Below, piece by piece: positions 39,192-49,094 of a DNA stretch of 64,000 nucleotides (position 1 is the first letter of the stretch; each line of letters starts with the position of its first letter). The notes below the pieces were generated by a model, which worked only from the letters and a program-made list of their open reading frames with translations, had not been told where the DNA came from and did not search any database. The stretch lies in IMG/VR virus record IMGVR_UViG_3300042198_000079, positions 80,635-144,634 of that record; one strand, 5' to 3'. The translations under genes and the position numbers were made by a program. The DNA is from a virus.

Positions 39192-39986
39192 ATGAAGTCT
39201 TTTAGACAATATTTAAATAGTTTTTTAACAGAAAATTCCAAAAAAGAAGCGTTCGATCCGGCGCAGCAGGACGCGGATTACATGGCCGCAGTCAATGCCG
39301 CGACTCAAGCAAGGAATGAAATCATTGACCGGTTTAATGCGGAAAATGTTTTCATTTTCCGCGACCTAGTGCAGAGCTTTGGTCAGCCGCCAACCGCAGG
39401 AGACATTCAGAACGACGACACCGACGATGAGCAGACTCAATTTGCGTCTTGGAAGTATCGCTACGGCGAGGCGGCGGGGTATTTCGTCACCAGAAATCGA
39501 ACTCGAAAAGAAAACGGACAATGGGGCCAATGGTCTAAATGGGAAGCCTTTTCTCCAAAGTTCGACCGACCGACGGACACGTTTGAAACCGCTGACGAAG
39601 CGATTGCTTGGTTGCGAACAGCGCCAATCATGGATGCAGGCAACCAAGTTGCGCTTGCCAAAACGTATGAATCAGATCGCAATCGGGCGCTGGCAACATT
39701 TGAACTTCTGAATAAACTTGCAGTGCCTTCAGGCTGGACGTTGGTAAACGCACAAGACAGTCAATTCGGATCAAAGTATTGGAACCTAGTTGCTTCGGAC
39801 GGCACAAAATACAAACTTTCGGTTCGGTCGCATGAACCTTCGCCCAAATGGCAGGCAGAACTTGGCGCAATTGATTATTACGTGCCGCTTCGATGGGATA
39901 AAGGCGACGCGATAAAGACCGTTCCGCTAGAAGACATTTCAGAAGCAATGTCTAAATTGGAAGATTGGTTGCGATCAAAAGCTTAA
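39192..39986 (+). CDS. CTS leader fused to a GC-rich foreign polyvalent-protein-like fragment
   Basis: TATAAATA 39179-39186; AT-rich MKSFRQYLNSFLTE followed by GC-rich DPAQQDADYMAAV... Confidence 0.75.
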   Translation: MKSFRQYLNSFLTENSKKEAFDPAQQDADYMAAVNAATQARNEIIDRFNAENVFIFRDLVQSFGQPPTAGDIQNDDTDDEQTQFASWKYRYGEAAGYFVTRNRTRKENGQWGQWSKWEAFSPKFDRPTDTFETADEAIAWLRTAPIMDAGNQVALAKTYESDRNRALATFELLNKLAVPSGWTLVNAQDSQFGSKYWNLVASDGTKYKLSVRSHEPSPKWQAELGAIDYYVPLRWDKGDAIKTVPLEDISEAMSKLEDWLRSKA

Positions 39987-40750
39987 GGCAATCTTTCCGC
40001 CCTAGCGACGCCGCAGCAAGACGCTGCCTACCTCGCAGCCGTCGAGGCGGGCGATATGAAGACGGCGCAGCGAATGGTGAATGATGCGGCTGAAAATAAA
40101 CAAACAGTTTTCCGAGGGCAAAAAGGCTTTCAGAGTAAATACCCGAAAAGCACTAAAGGATTCTTTGGGGTTGGACAGAAGATTGTTCCAACTTTTTGGA
40201 CAACTTCCGAATCATTAGCAAAAGATTATTCTCGCGATGGAGAATACAAAGGATCGACAACACCATCAGCAGAAGCGCAGAAAGGAATCGCTGCATGGGA
40301 ATACGAGAATGTCTGGACAAGGAGTGACGGTTCACAATACACAACCACGGACACTACAACTGATAAGGGCATAGCGGAAAAGGCAAAAGAACAAGGAAGA
40401 AGAGTTAAAGAAACAAGGGTCTTCCCTCAAACCGCAACTGTGCAATCTGCAAAGTTGTTTTTCAAAAAACCTCTTGTGCTTGATGCAAACGGAGCAATTT
40501 GGCGAGAAGTGAATTTCAAAGGTAGGAAGATGTCTACCGATCAGATCGTTGAATACGCTTTCAAAAACGGATATGATGGAGTGGAAATTAAGAATGTCAG
40601 AGATTCTTTTGCGGGGTTAAGGTTTGAAGATACCTCTAATGTATTGGTCTCATTTTATCCCGAACAAGTAAAATCCGCAGACCCAGTAACCTACGACGAA
40701 TCCGGCAACATAATCCCACTTTCCAAACGATTTAATCCTGATAGCGAATC
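39250..40750. other. GC-rich horizontally acquired island
   Basis: G+C counts of 35/60, 39/60 and 26/60 in lines 39241, 40021 and 40501, versus 13/60 in line 39061. Confidence 0.85.
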
Positions 40751-40790
40751 AATCAATGAATCAAATGTCATATTTTCATATTGGAGTTAA
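40056..40790 (+). CDS. ADP-ribosyltransferase of polyvalent-protein type (in frame with the upstream ORF, past a single TAA)
   Basis: DAAYLAAVEAGDMKTAQRMV, VFRG, FWTTS..LAKDY, GYDGV, QVKSADPVTYD..GNIIPLSKRFN. Confidence 0.7.
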   Translation: MKTAQRMVNDAAENKQTVFRGQKGFQSKYPKSTKGFFGVGQKIVPTFWTTSESLAKDYSRDGEYKGSTTPSAEAQKGIAAWEYENVWTRSDGSQYTTTDTTTDKGIAEKAKEQGRRVKETRVFPQTATVQSAKLFFKKPLVLDANGAIWREVNFKGRKMSTDQIVEYAFKNGYDGVEIKNVRDSFAGLRFEDTSNVLVSFYPEQVKSADPVTYDESGNIIPLSKRFNPDSESINESNVIFSYWS

Positions 40791-42236
40791 TTCTTGGGTA
40801 TTCTCGTCATAAAAAGATACAATTCTTAATATTTTTCTTTTTTCTCTTTCTGCGATTTTTTGCATTTTTTCTATTTCTGTTTCGTAATATTTTTCAGGAT
40901 CTTTTTTATATTTTGAAATTACTTCATCTGAAAATATTTTATTTAATTCTTCACTAATATCATCTTCTGCTGTGGGGTTAAGCACATGTTTAGATCCTAT
41001 ACTAAATAATTCGCTTGGGGGGAGGATTTCATAAAACGTGTCTTCTAAGCGTTGTTTAAAAATATTAAGAATTTTGTCTAAAAATGATTTTATCACTAGA
41101 ATATCAGTTTCATTTTTCAATTTATTTATCAAATCTTTTCTAAATTTTACACACTCCTCAAAAAGTGGTATTAAATCTGTAAGGTTACTTCTTCTTAAGA
41201 AATGGATAACCACATCGGGTTTTTCATTTTCCAATACATTTAATATAGTATGAGCGATTTTGGTATTATTGTGAAATTTTTGTAATACAAAATCAGTAAT
41301 CTCAGTAATTTCTAAAAATTTAATAATTTTGTCTTTTTCTTCTTTTTCTTTCAACCCATTTATAAAATTATTATATGAAAACTTATGTATTTCGTCTAAT
41401 TTTTTATATAATTCGTTATTTTTTATTGCATTTATCAAATCGTTTTTTGTTTCAAATTTTCTTCTTTTATTACCATGTGAAAAAAGACTAGAATATATCT
41501 GTGTAGGATAATTAGGTATTTCTATTTTATCTATAAAATATTTATTATGATAAAATTTATAAATATTTTTGATATTATAAACTGGAAGTATTGCCTTCCT
41601 GAAATCCGAATTTGTAAAATATTCTACCATCTCCCCAAATCCCGTTCCTGTTTTATTTCGTTTTCTCCTTGTAAATATATGACCAAGTTCATGAGACACA
41701 GCACTGACACATTCAGAATTTAATTCGTCTAATCCCTCTATAATTTTATTTTTTGTATTAGGAATTGTTAGCGGATCGATATCTAGAATTGCGCCTTTAT
41801 TTAACAAATATTTTATTGTTATTTGTATTGTATCTTGATCTTCATAAATAATATATTTGCCTTTTTTGTGTTTTGCAATTGGAACTTGTGTAGATGCACC
41901 TCTCATGACAATTTTTTTATCTTTATGTAAATTTCCCAACGAATCAAAATTTTCTATAAAATCAATTGTTATTCGGTATGTTAATTTATTAAATATTTTA
42001 TCTCCTATTACAAATTCATCGCCAGCATTACATACATATTGACCATCTATTATAGATGAAGTCCGGTCATTATTATAGAACTTATTAAAATCCATGATTA
42101 CTGATCTATTATTTCGGTTTAAATCCTCTATAATTTTATCATATATTATTGTGTATATTCTTTCTGATACTTCGTGTATTTTTGGAAAAATCCCTCTGGC
42201 TTCTGATAAAAGCAAATATTCTTTAAATGTTTTCAT
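40776..42236 (-). CDS. CTS-leader protein with zincin HExxH motif
   Basis: MKTFKEYLLLSEARG; VSHELGH with a downstream E (KIEIP); TATAAATA 42244-42251. Confidence 0.7.
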   Translation of the reverse strand: MKTFKEYLLLSEARGIFPKIHEVSERIYTIIYDKIIEDLNRNNRSVIMDFNKFYNNDRTSSIIDGQYVCNAGDEFVIGDKIFNKLTYRITIDFIENFDSLGNLHKDKKIVMRGASTQVPIAKHKKGKYIIYEDQDTIQITIKYLLNKGAILDIDPLTIPNTKNKIIEGLDELNSECVSAVSHELGHIFTRRKRNKTGTGFGEMVEYFTNSDFRKAILPVYNIKNIYKFYHNKYFIDKIEIPNYPTQIYSSLFSHGNKRRKFETKNDLINAIKNNELYKKLDEIHKFSYNNFINGLKEKEEKDKIIKFLEITEITDFVLQKFHNNTKIAHTILNVLENEKPDVVIHFLRRSNLTDLIPLFEECVKFRKDLINKLKNETDILVIKSFLDKILNIFKQRLEDTFYEILPPSELFSIGSKHVLNPTAEDDISEELNKIFSDEVISKYKKDPEKYYETEIEKMQKIAEREKRKILRIVSFYDENTQELTPI

Positions 42237-42243
42237 TTACATT

Positions 42244-42267
42244 TATTTATATTCGTAAATATAAATA
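42244..42267. promoter_or_regulatory. Back-to-back T4-type late promoters
   Basis: TATAAATA on the minus strand at 42244-42251 and on the plus strand at 42260-42267. Confidence 0.7.
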
Positions 42268-42288
42268 AATATATAATAAAGTCTATTT

Positions 42289-42543
42289 ATGGACAAAAAT
42301 CAACTGGAAGATTTGAAAGAATTGGGTAAAAATTATAAAAATGAATGGGCTTTTTTATGCAAACATAAAGTTTTTATGGACAATATTCTTGACAAACTGC
42401 CATGGCACATGGTAATATTAGCAGAAGTTTTATTGGCTCATAAAGAAGTATCATTATGGGCGGACTTTGAAAAAAATTATCTATCAAAAGTAAAATCCAA
42501 ACTCAAACAACACGTAACACAATATAGCGATGATTATCTATAA
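42289..42543 (+). CDS. Hypothetical protein
   Basis: 84-aa ORF overlapping the methyltransferase start. Confidence 0.6.
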   Translation: MDKNQLEDLKELGKNYKNEWAFLCKHKVFMDNILDKLPWHMVILAEVLLAHKEVSLWADFEKNYLSKVKSKLKQHVTQYSDDYL

Positions 42544-43303
42544 TGAAGATTGTATAACAACGATGAATAGACTGGAATTGCAAGATTCTGTGAATTTTAT
42601 TATTTGCAGTCCGCCTTATGGAAATTGTAGAACTTATGAAAATCTTGGATTGGCTAGTTTCGATTTTCATAAAATCGCACAAGGAACTTTAAATGTTTTA
42701 AAAGAAGGTGGAGTAATTGCATGGATTGTTGGAGACACAACAGAAAATGGAAGCGAAACAGGAATACCGTTTGAACAAGCATTATATTTTAAGAGTCTTG
42801 GGTATCGTCTACACGACACAATGATTTATCAAAAGAATAATTTTAGCAATCCGTCCAAAACTCGGTACCATCAAATTTTCGAATATATTTTTCTATTCTC
42901 CAAAGGTGTTCCGAAAACATTTAATCCAATAAAAGATAGGAAAAATAAATACGGAGGAAAGGTGGGAAGTTGGGGAAAGAATACAGTTCGTCAAAAAGAC
43001 GGATCATTTTTAGAAAGAAAGAAAAAAATAAATTCTGAATATGGAATGAGATATAATATTTGGAAATACAAAACCTCTAAAAATGGACAAGAGGACGATA
43101 TTGCATATAAACACCCAGCAATTTTTCCGATAAATTTAGCACAAGATTTAATCATATCATTTACAAATCCGGGTGATCTAGTTTACGATCCATTAGCTGG
43201 AAGTGGCACTTCTTTAAAAGCCGCGAAAGATTTAAATAGACAATATATTGGAAGTGAGATAGTATCTAATTATTGTGATATAATAAACGAGAGGTTGTCA
43301 TAA
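42530..43303 (+). CDS. Orphan N4-C/N6-A DNA methyltransferase, beta class
   Basis: Motif IV SPPY precedes HPAIFP and motif I DPLAGSGT. Confidence 0.92.
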   Translation: MIIYNEDCITTMNRLELQDSVNFIICSPPYGNCRTYENLGLASFDFHKIAQGTLNVLKEGGVIAWIVGDTTENGSETGIPFEQALYFKSLGYRLHDTMIYQKNNFSNPSKTRYHQIFEYIFLFSKGVPKTFNPIKDRKNKYGGKVGSWGKNTVRQKDGSFLERKKKINSEYGMRYNIWKYKTSKNGQEDDIAYKHPAIFPINLAQDLIISFTNPGDLVYDPLAGSGTSLKAAKDLNRQYIGSEIVSNYCDIINERLS

Positions 43304-43323
43304 ATATAAATATAAATATCTGT

Positions 43324-44388
43324 GTGTTGACTTTTAAAAAATATCTCTTAAATGAACGAATTGGAGCTATAGAGGACAGGGATGATGATGGGGAGTATAA
43401 AGAATTTAGAACCATTATAAACGAAATATGGGGATTGATCCTAGATTGGTCAAAAGGAGTTTTTCCTTATGATGAGTTAAAAGTTAAAGATAAAGGAATT
43501 TCAACAAAGTTAATAAAATTAACTTTAGATTTAACCAAGGTAAAATCGCTTGGGGTGTTTTACCCCAAATTGTTTAGAGATAAATCTGTAAAAGATGATC
43601 TTAATGTTGAAACGGTGTTGATTCATTCTTTTGGAAAGTTAGACATTTTCGAACAACTTTTTAATGCCTTATCAATAACTCACGATAAGAAGGTTGTTGA
43701 ATTAATTGATGAGTTATTGACCCTTTACATGGGAAGCGTCAGAACTAGTGGAAATATATCTTTTGATGATGAAACGGGAGAATACACTATAAAATGCTTA
43801 CTCGTTACTAAAGAAATATCATTAGATAATAACAACTTCAATCCTTCTCTATACGACTTTATAAAAAGCAATGAGAACTTTGAATACATTTTTAGAGAAG
43901 AGTGCAGACATTTTTTACAAAATCTCTTAATAAGCAAGACTTCTCTATCTAAAAATTTTGATAAGTTAGAAGATTATTTAATAGATCCTTATGAAATTGG
44001 TGCTAAAATAGAAGAAGGGTTGTTGAAGTTGGATAAAATTTTAGCCATTGATAAATTTTATAGAATGTTTCTAGATATGTTACCATACTTCGATAAGTAT
44101 GAATTTTTTTCTAAAGTGGTATCCTCTATACTTACAGATTTTTGGACTAAGACAACTGAGGATGTTAGGCATATACATAATTATATACATAGAAAAAATC
44201 CAACAAAAGTTGACGAAATAGAGCATTTAGTTTATATTGAAGTTATAGAACCTTTTCTTTTTACAAGTCTTCTACCACATATAAAAGAATACGTTGATAA
44301 ATTTAGAGAAGAAGAATTGGGGAAGGACTGGGATAATATAGAAAATAATATTTCTTGGGAATTTTTTAAAAAGATTAAAGAATTATGA
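43324..44388 (+). CDS. CTS-leader protein with degenerate zincin-like motif
   Basis: Tandem TATAAATA 43305-43318; MLTFKKYLLNE; EECRHFLQ...YLIDPYEIGA. Confidence 0.65.
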   Translation: MLTFKKYLLNERIGAIEDRDDDGEYKEFRTIINEIWGLILDWSKGVFPYDELKVKDKGISTKLIKLTLDLTKVKSLGVFYPKLFRDKSVKDDLNVETVLIHSFGKLDIFEQLFNALSITHDKKVVELIDELLTLYMGSVRTSGNISFDDETGEYTIKCLLVTKEISLDNNNFNPSLYDFIKSNENFEYIFREECRHFLQNLLISKTSLSKNFDKLEDYLIDPYEIGAKIEEGLLKLDKILAIDKFYRMFLDMLPYFDKYEFFSKVVSSILTDFWTKTTEDVRHIHNYIHRKNPTKVDEIEHLVYIEVIEPFLFTSLLPHIKEYVDKFREEELGKDWDNIENNISWEFFKKIKEL

Positions 44389-44526
44389 AAAAGATATACT
44401 ACAGACAATGCACAATGGAACGAACAATAAATGGTTCGACACATCATCATATAGCAGGTTTGGGAAAATGGTTGGAAGGTAACAACTGTCGGAGATTCTA
44501 AAAGAGAAGAGTCTGAAGATAATTAA
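44385..44526 (+). pseudogene. Probable deleted or frameshifted small gene remnant
   Basis: MKKIYYRQCTMER...HIA in one frame, VWENGWKVTTVGDSKREESEDN* in another. Confidence 0.35.
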
Positions 44527-44534
44527 TATTAATA

Positions 44535-44940
44535 ATGTTGTCATTTAAGTGTTATTTTATAGAATCTACCACTTCTGATATTAGACCAGCAACCTCAGAC
44601 GATTATGACCTAGTTTCTAAATTAGAAAAGGAAAATTATCCAGACGATCCTTGGATTGGAAGTCTTGAAGAGTTTGAAAATGTTCTGTTAAGTTTCTATT
44701 GGAGGACCACATGCAAAGGAAATGTTACAATTCTTTTTAAGAATCCCTAGTAAAGTAAATCGCTATTATACTCATTCTTTTGACAAAAATACTGGCAAGA
44801 CCGACTGGTTTGAAAAAATAGAATTTTTAAAAGATAATGGATTTGTAGATATTGGACCGGGCGACCAATCCAAAGAATCGGTTCCGTGGGCATATGATCT
44901 TAGTAAAATGCGCGAATTAGAATATATAACAATAGACTAA
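44535..44940 (+). pseudogene. Split CTS-leader RimI-like GNAT acetyltransferase
   Basis: MLSFKCYFIE then IRPATSDDYDLVSKLEKENYPDDPW (GNAT beta1/alpha1); overlapping ORF 44722-44940 has IEFLKDNGFVDIG (GNAT C-terminal motif). Confidence 0.55.
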
Positions 44941-44970
44941 AAAAGTTTTTCGATAATATAAATATATAAA

Positions 44971-47532
44971 ATGCTTTCTTTTAAAAAATTTATACAACAA
45001 AAAGATTATTGCAGTCGAAGAATATTAGAAGCGTCAGATTTCGTATTAGATGGCGCAAAAATTAGAAAAAGTATAGAGAATATAAAGGAAAGACCTTTTA
45101 ATGAATTATTTGGTAATAAAGACCGATTTCTAGTAAAAGCATTTAATCCTGTATTTTTACAGTATATGGAACTATTTGATTTAAATCAAAATAATTTTGA
45201 TTTAAAAAAAGGAGTTTATATAGAAAACGGTAAAAGAATGAGATACGGAAATATAATTAAAGACAGAACCCAAAAAAATGTATCTATTACACCAAAAGAA
45301 GTTAGACAACTAAAACACTTATTAAAACAAAAGCAAATATATGCACATTTGCTTTTTTCAAGACATCCTATGGATGTAATAAGAATGAGCGATATAAATA
45401 AAATAAGCTCTTGTCATTCTCCTTATGGATCGAAGTTCGATTGTGCAATAACAGAATCACAAAACAACGGAGGTATTGTTTTTATAATAAACGAAAGAGA
45501 CAAAAAAAATGTTGAAAAAAATTTAGACATTGAGGATCTCTTTGAAGATCGAGATCGGAATATTAAAGGTTTTGTCACTCCATTGGCGCGAGTTAGACTT
45601 AGGAGGTTTGTGGATGTTTTAGAAGAATGTGATTTTGCAGTACCTGAAAAAAGATATTATGTTCCTGACGGAGATATGATGGGATATAGCGGGTTTTATA
45701 GTAATATAGTTCTAGATTATTGTAGAAAAAATCAAAAAATTTTTAAAGATTCTCCTTCAGATAAATACATAAGTGAAAATATTTTTCATACTGGAGGAGA
45801 TTATACCGATACTCCATATCTTGAGTTATTAAATAATTTTTTTGACAGGGATACCGTTCAAGGACTTGGCGGAAGTTATGGTTCTTTTGCCGAAATTCCT
45901 TTTGAACGCTTGCCATTTGCAAAAGAAAAATATTTATTATTAAGAAATAGCAAAAATATTCTAAAAGAACTTAAACCTTATATTGGTAAAGATTATACAG
46001 CATTGTTTAGTCTTATGAAATTTTCTATAAATATTGGAGAATATTTAGATGCTGTTTTTTTAGAAAAAGTTATACCTTTGTATATTAAACAATGTATTGC
46101 CAAAAACAGACAACCTTGTATTTCAGGCCATAGAGGATTATTTATTTTTCTAAAAATATATAATTTGTTAATTGAAACGAATTCTACTTCGTCTTCTTCT
46201 GAATTATTAGCAAACATTATTATAAAATATTTATCCACACCTTCTTATCTCTATGGTCCGCCATTTGTAATGGATTTTTATACAAATGGGCAAGACTTTT
46301 GGTTTCAAAACATGAGAATTCCATCAGATTATAATGATTTTATAGTAAATATGAAAAAATTCATAGCTAATAATAAAGAAAAAATAATAAATTTGATAAA
46401 TAATACACAAATACCCCTTTTCAACATAATTTATTTTTATAGAACATTGAGGGTAAGTGTTGGCGATTATGACGGTTTAACACATTCAAATATTAAAAAC
46501 GAAAGCATTAAATTTATATTATCGGAAACAAAACAAAAATTTATATCTTTAACCGTAAAAAGTATATGTCTACATTTAGTATGGGCTAACTTCCATTTGG
46601 ACAATTTATTTTACGATAATAAAAATATAGGCGAAAATGATATGATATATTTTTACTCTCCTAGCGACGATGCAGTAATTAATTTTTCTGATTTAGATAA
46701 AAAAGAAAAACTATCGAATATTTTATTTCCTACACTTTTGGACACTTTAAATCAAATAATTTATTCCAAATATACTCATCTAAACTTAGATTATTATTTA
46801 AATAGATTTATTCTTCTTTGTCGTATTGTATTTAAAGATAACAAAATAATCTATAATAATATTATAGATTATTTTGTAAACGATATTATACCTGGAAGTG
46901 TAGAACTGAAGCAAACCACCACTATAATCACTCGTGAAAATATTTATGGAATTATTCGTTTATTTTTGCTACACTCTTTATTAAGCGAATCTCAAATTAA
47001 AAAAATAAAGTCGAAATTAATAGAATGCGATATTAATTATATAAAGCATAGTATGCATGATTCTTTTAAACATAGTTTAAATGGTTGCCTCTTTGAATAT
47101 TATTTAAAAGATTTATATTTTTATTCTTTTTTCGTTAAATATTTGAATAATAATAGACATAATGATTATTTTATTCCATTTTCTTTAAATGAAGAAGAAA
47201 TAAAAACATATGAAGATTTGATTATGTTATGGATATTCGATAGAGATTTAAATCAGGAAGGACAATCAATACGTAGATTATATGATGATGGTAGTAGAAC
47301 TTTTTCTTATGTTAATATACAAGTGGTTAGCAATAATAATAATATTGAAGAAGGAATACCAATACCATATAAAGATAAAACAGTCATTATGACATGTAAT
47401 AATGACTATGATGTCAAGGGGGTTGATTCTCAATTTGATAGAATACACACTGTATTCCATAATATTCATACGACAAATCCTAAGATTTTTTCTGATGAGA
47501 TACTATTTTTTCAATCTTTAAATGTAAGTTAA
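44971..47532 (+). CDS. Large CTS-leader protein of unknown function
   Basis: TATAAATA 44957-44964; MLSFKKFI...RILE; SRHPMDVIRMSD..SSCHSP...ARVRLRRF. Confidence 0.75.
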   Translation: MLSFKKFIQQKDYCSRRILEASDFVLDGAKIRKSIENIKERPFNELFGNKDRFLVKAFNPVFLQYMELFDLNQNNFDLKKGVYIENGKRMRYGNIIKDRTQKNVSITPKEVRQLKHLLKQKQIYAHLLFSRHPMDVIRMSDINKISSCHSPYGSKFDCAITESQNNGGIVFIINERDKKNVEKNLDIEDLFEDRDRNIKGFVTPLARVRLRRFVDVLEECDFAVPEKRYYVPDGDMMGYSGFYSNIVLDYCRKNQKIFKDSPSDKYISENIFHTGGDYTDTPYLELLNNFFDRDTVQGLGGSYGSFAEIPFERLPFAKEKYLLLRNSKNILKELKPYIGKDYTALFSLMKFSINIGEYLDAVFLEKVIPLYIKQCIAKNRQPCISGHRGLFIFLKIYNLLIETNSTSSSSELLANIIIKYLSTPSYLYGPPFVMDFYTNGQDFWFQNMRIPSDYNDFIVNMKKFIANNKEKIINLINNTQIPLFNIIYFYRTLRVSVGDYDGLTHSNIKNESIKFILSETKQKFISLTVKSICLHLVWANFHLDNLFYDNKNIGENDMIYFYSPSDDAVINFSDLDKKEKLSNILFPTLLDTLNQIIYSKYTHLNLDYYLNRFILLCRIVFKDNKIIYNNIIDYFVNDIIPGSVELKQTTTIITRENIYGIIRLFLLHSLLSESQIKKIKSKLIECDINYIKHSMHDSFKHSLNGCLFEYYLKDLYFYSFFVKYLNNNRHNDYFIPFSLNEEEIKTYEDLIMLWIFDRDLNQEGQSIRRLYDDGSRTFSYVNIQVVSNNNNIEEGIPIPYKDKTVIMTCNNDYDVKGVDSQFDRIHTVFHNIHTTNPKIFSDEILFFQSLNVS

Positions 47533-47543
47533 GTTTACAATTT

Positions 47544-48059
47544 TCACAACGGAAATAACCATCCATCTTCTTGTCTAATTAATTTTGAAAATTTTGTGGA
47601 TTGAATCTTTTCCATTACTGCAAAGCAGTGCTTACAAAGCGATAAATGCCCGCTAGGATTATTAATCAATGCGGGTTTTCTATTATGAGGGTCATCTGGA
47701 ACATATCCGGGATACTGATCCCAAGATGACATTTCTACTCTATTCAAATCGTATTTCCAACGATATTTGTGATCTCCGCATAGTTCCATAACTCCATCTA
47801 CATTGGTTGCCCCACAACTATGTTCTCTAATACTTCCTTTGCTATCTAAAATAATATATCCTTGGTGACTATCTGATTGGCTTTTTTCCTTAGACGAAAC
47901 AATATAGTCATATCTAGACCATCCCGCCGGAATTGATTCATGAACGCTTTCTATAAAGCTAGGTGTTCTTTTAAATAATAATAAAATTTCACAATTAGAT
48001 GCTCGTTCTCTTCTTTTATCGTCAGTCCCTTCTATTGCAGATTTTGTTTTTTTATTCAC
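47544..48059 (-). CDS. SWIM-like zinc-binding protein (start uncertain)
   Basis: LCGDHKYRW...NNP...LCKHC; GTG 48059 follows TAATAAGTA; the longer ORF call overlaps the opposite-strand gene. Confidence 0.55.
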   Translation of the reverse strand: MNKKTKSAIEGTDDKRRERASNCEILLLFKRTPSFIESVHESIPAGWSRYDYIVSSKEKSQSDSHQGYIILDSKGSIREHSCGATNVDGVMELCGDHKYRWKYDLNRVEMSSWDQYPGYVPDDPHNRKPALINNPSGHLSLCKHCFAVMEKIQSTKFSKLIRQEDGWLFPL

Positions 48060-48123
48060 AATAATACTTATTATTTGAAGAATTTTATTTGACATGTTTG
48101 CTGTTTTGTAGTAATTATTTTTA

Positions 48124-48813
48124 ATGAAAATAGCAATTACAGGGTCAAATAAATCAGGAAAAACAACCCTTGCAAAAAACATGACATATGCATGGCCAAA
48201 TTTCAAATTGATAAAATGCGAAAAAGATTTTAGTAAAGAAACTTTTCCAGTCATATCTAAATTTGATTGGTATACTGATAAGATTCTAGAAGCACAAAAT
48301 TCAGGAGATGTTGTTTTCGACGACTGTTTAATTAATATCTTAGCAGAAATTCTCATAGAAAATGAAAACGGAAACATTAATGACGAACAAGTAAAAAAAT
48401 GTATTCTAATTTTTAGACAATCGTGTAGATTTTATGATTTAGTATTTAATTTACCACTATCTAAAGAAACTCCTATAAAGCTAAATGACTTTACTAAAGA
48501 AGATTTAGAAAAAAGAGAACAACTTGATTTACAGGTTCAAGCACTATGGTGGGACTGGAGAGAAGAACGTCCTACTTTCTTTGTTTATGATGATCGTCCT
48601 CCAATTATAAAGTTATTCGGAGATGAAGACTTAATGATATCGACTATTGCTAGAGATTTTATAAACGAAGAAGGAAAACCAAAAACAAATTCGGATGAAG
48701 ATCTTCAACAACAAATGTCAGAAAGTGTCGAAGAATATGCAGCATACCAATCTTTATTAGGAGGTAATGATACTTATGAAAAAGTATTAAGAGATCTAAA
48801 ATTTAATAAATAA
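48124..48813 (+). CDS. P-loop nucleotide kinase-like protein
   Basis: MKIAITGSNKSGKTTL, VVFDDC. Confidence 0.7.
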   Translation: MKIAITGSNKSGKTTLAKNMTYAWPNFKLIKCEKDFSKETFPVISKFDWYTDKILEAQNSGDVVFDDCLINILAEILIENENGNINDEQVKKCILIFRQSCRFYDLVFNLPLSKETPIKLNDFTKEDLEKREQLDLQVQALWWDWREERPTFFVYDDRPPIIKLFGDEDLMISTIARDFINEEGKPKTNSDEDLQQQMSESVEEYAAYQSLLGGNDTYEKVLRDLKFNK

Positions 48814-48817
48814 AATT

Positions 48818-49087
48818 ATGTACAAAGTAACATTTTACAGACCACCCAGTAACATTTTAGAGTTTGAAACGGTAGCAACATATCTTTCAGATGCTATATA
48901 TGAAATTTTAACCAATTTAAGAACATTAAAATTTTATAATTTATTAGAAAGCAGAGAATTTTGGAGTTTTATTTCCGAATGTTATACAGTTGCAAAAGAT
49001 AACGATGAAATAATTGATGTTGAAAATAAATTTTATGGGGATAATGGAACTACAGTTATTCTTACTATTAAAATAGAAAAATTTTGA
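48818..49087 (+). CDS. Hypothetical protein
   Basis: 89-aa ORF. Confidence 0.6.
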   Translation: MYKVTFYRPPSNILEFETVATYLSDAIYEILTNLRTLKFYNLLESREFWSFISECYTVAKDNDEIIDVENKFYGDNGTTVILTIKIEKF

Positions 49088-49094
49088 GTAATGA

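Noticed and set aside
39984-39986. Stop-codon reassignment as the explanation for split ORFs
   Set aside because: Core genes are full length under the standard code and TAA is the commonest true stop; the interruptions are local.
39250-40750. GC-rich island as an IS element or intron
   Set aside because: No transposase, reverse transcriptase, homing endonuclease, terminal repeats or intron core seen; it is in-frame coding sequence.
42530-43303. Methyltransferase as part of a restriction-modification system
   Set aside because: No cognate endonuclease is adjacent; orphan methyltransferases are common in phages.
48060-48377. N-terminal extension of ORF 47544-48377
   Set aside because: It overlaps the plus-strand P-loop kinase and its upstream region; a later start is more plausible.
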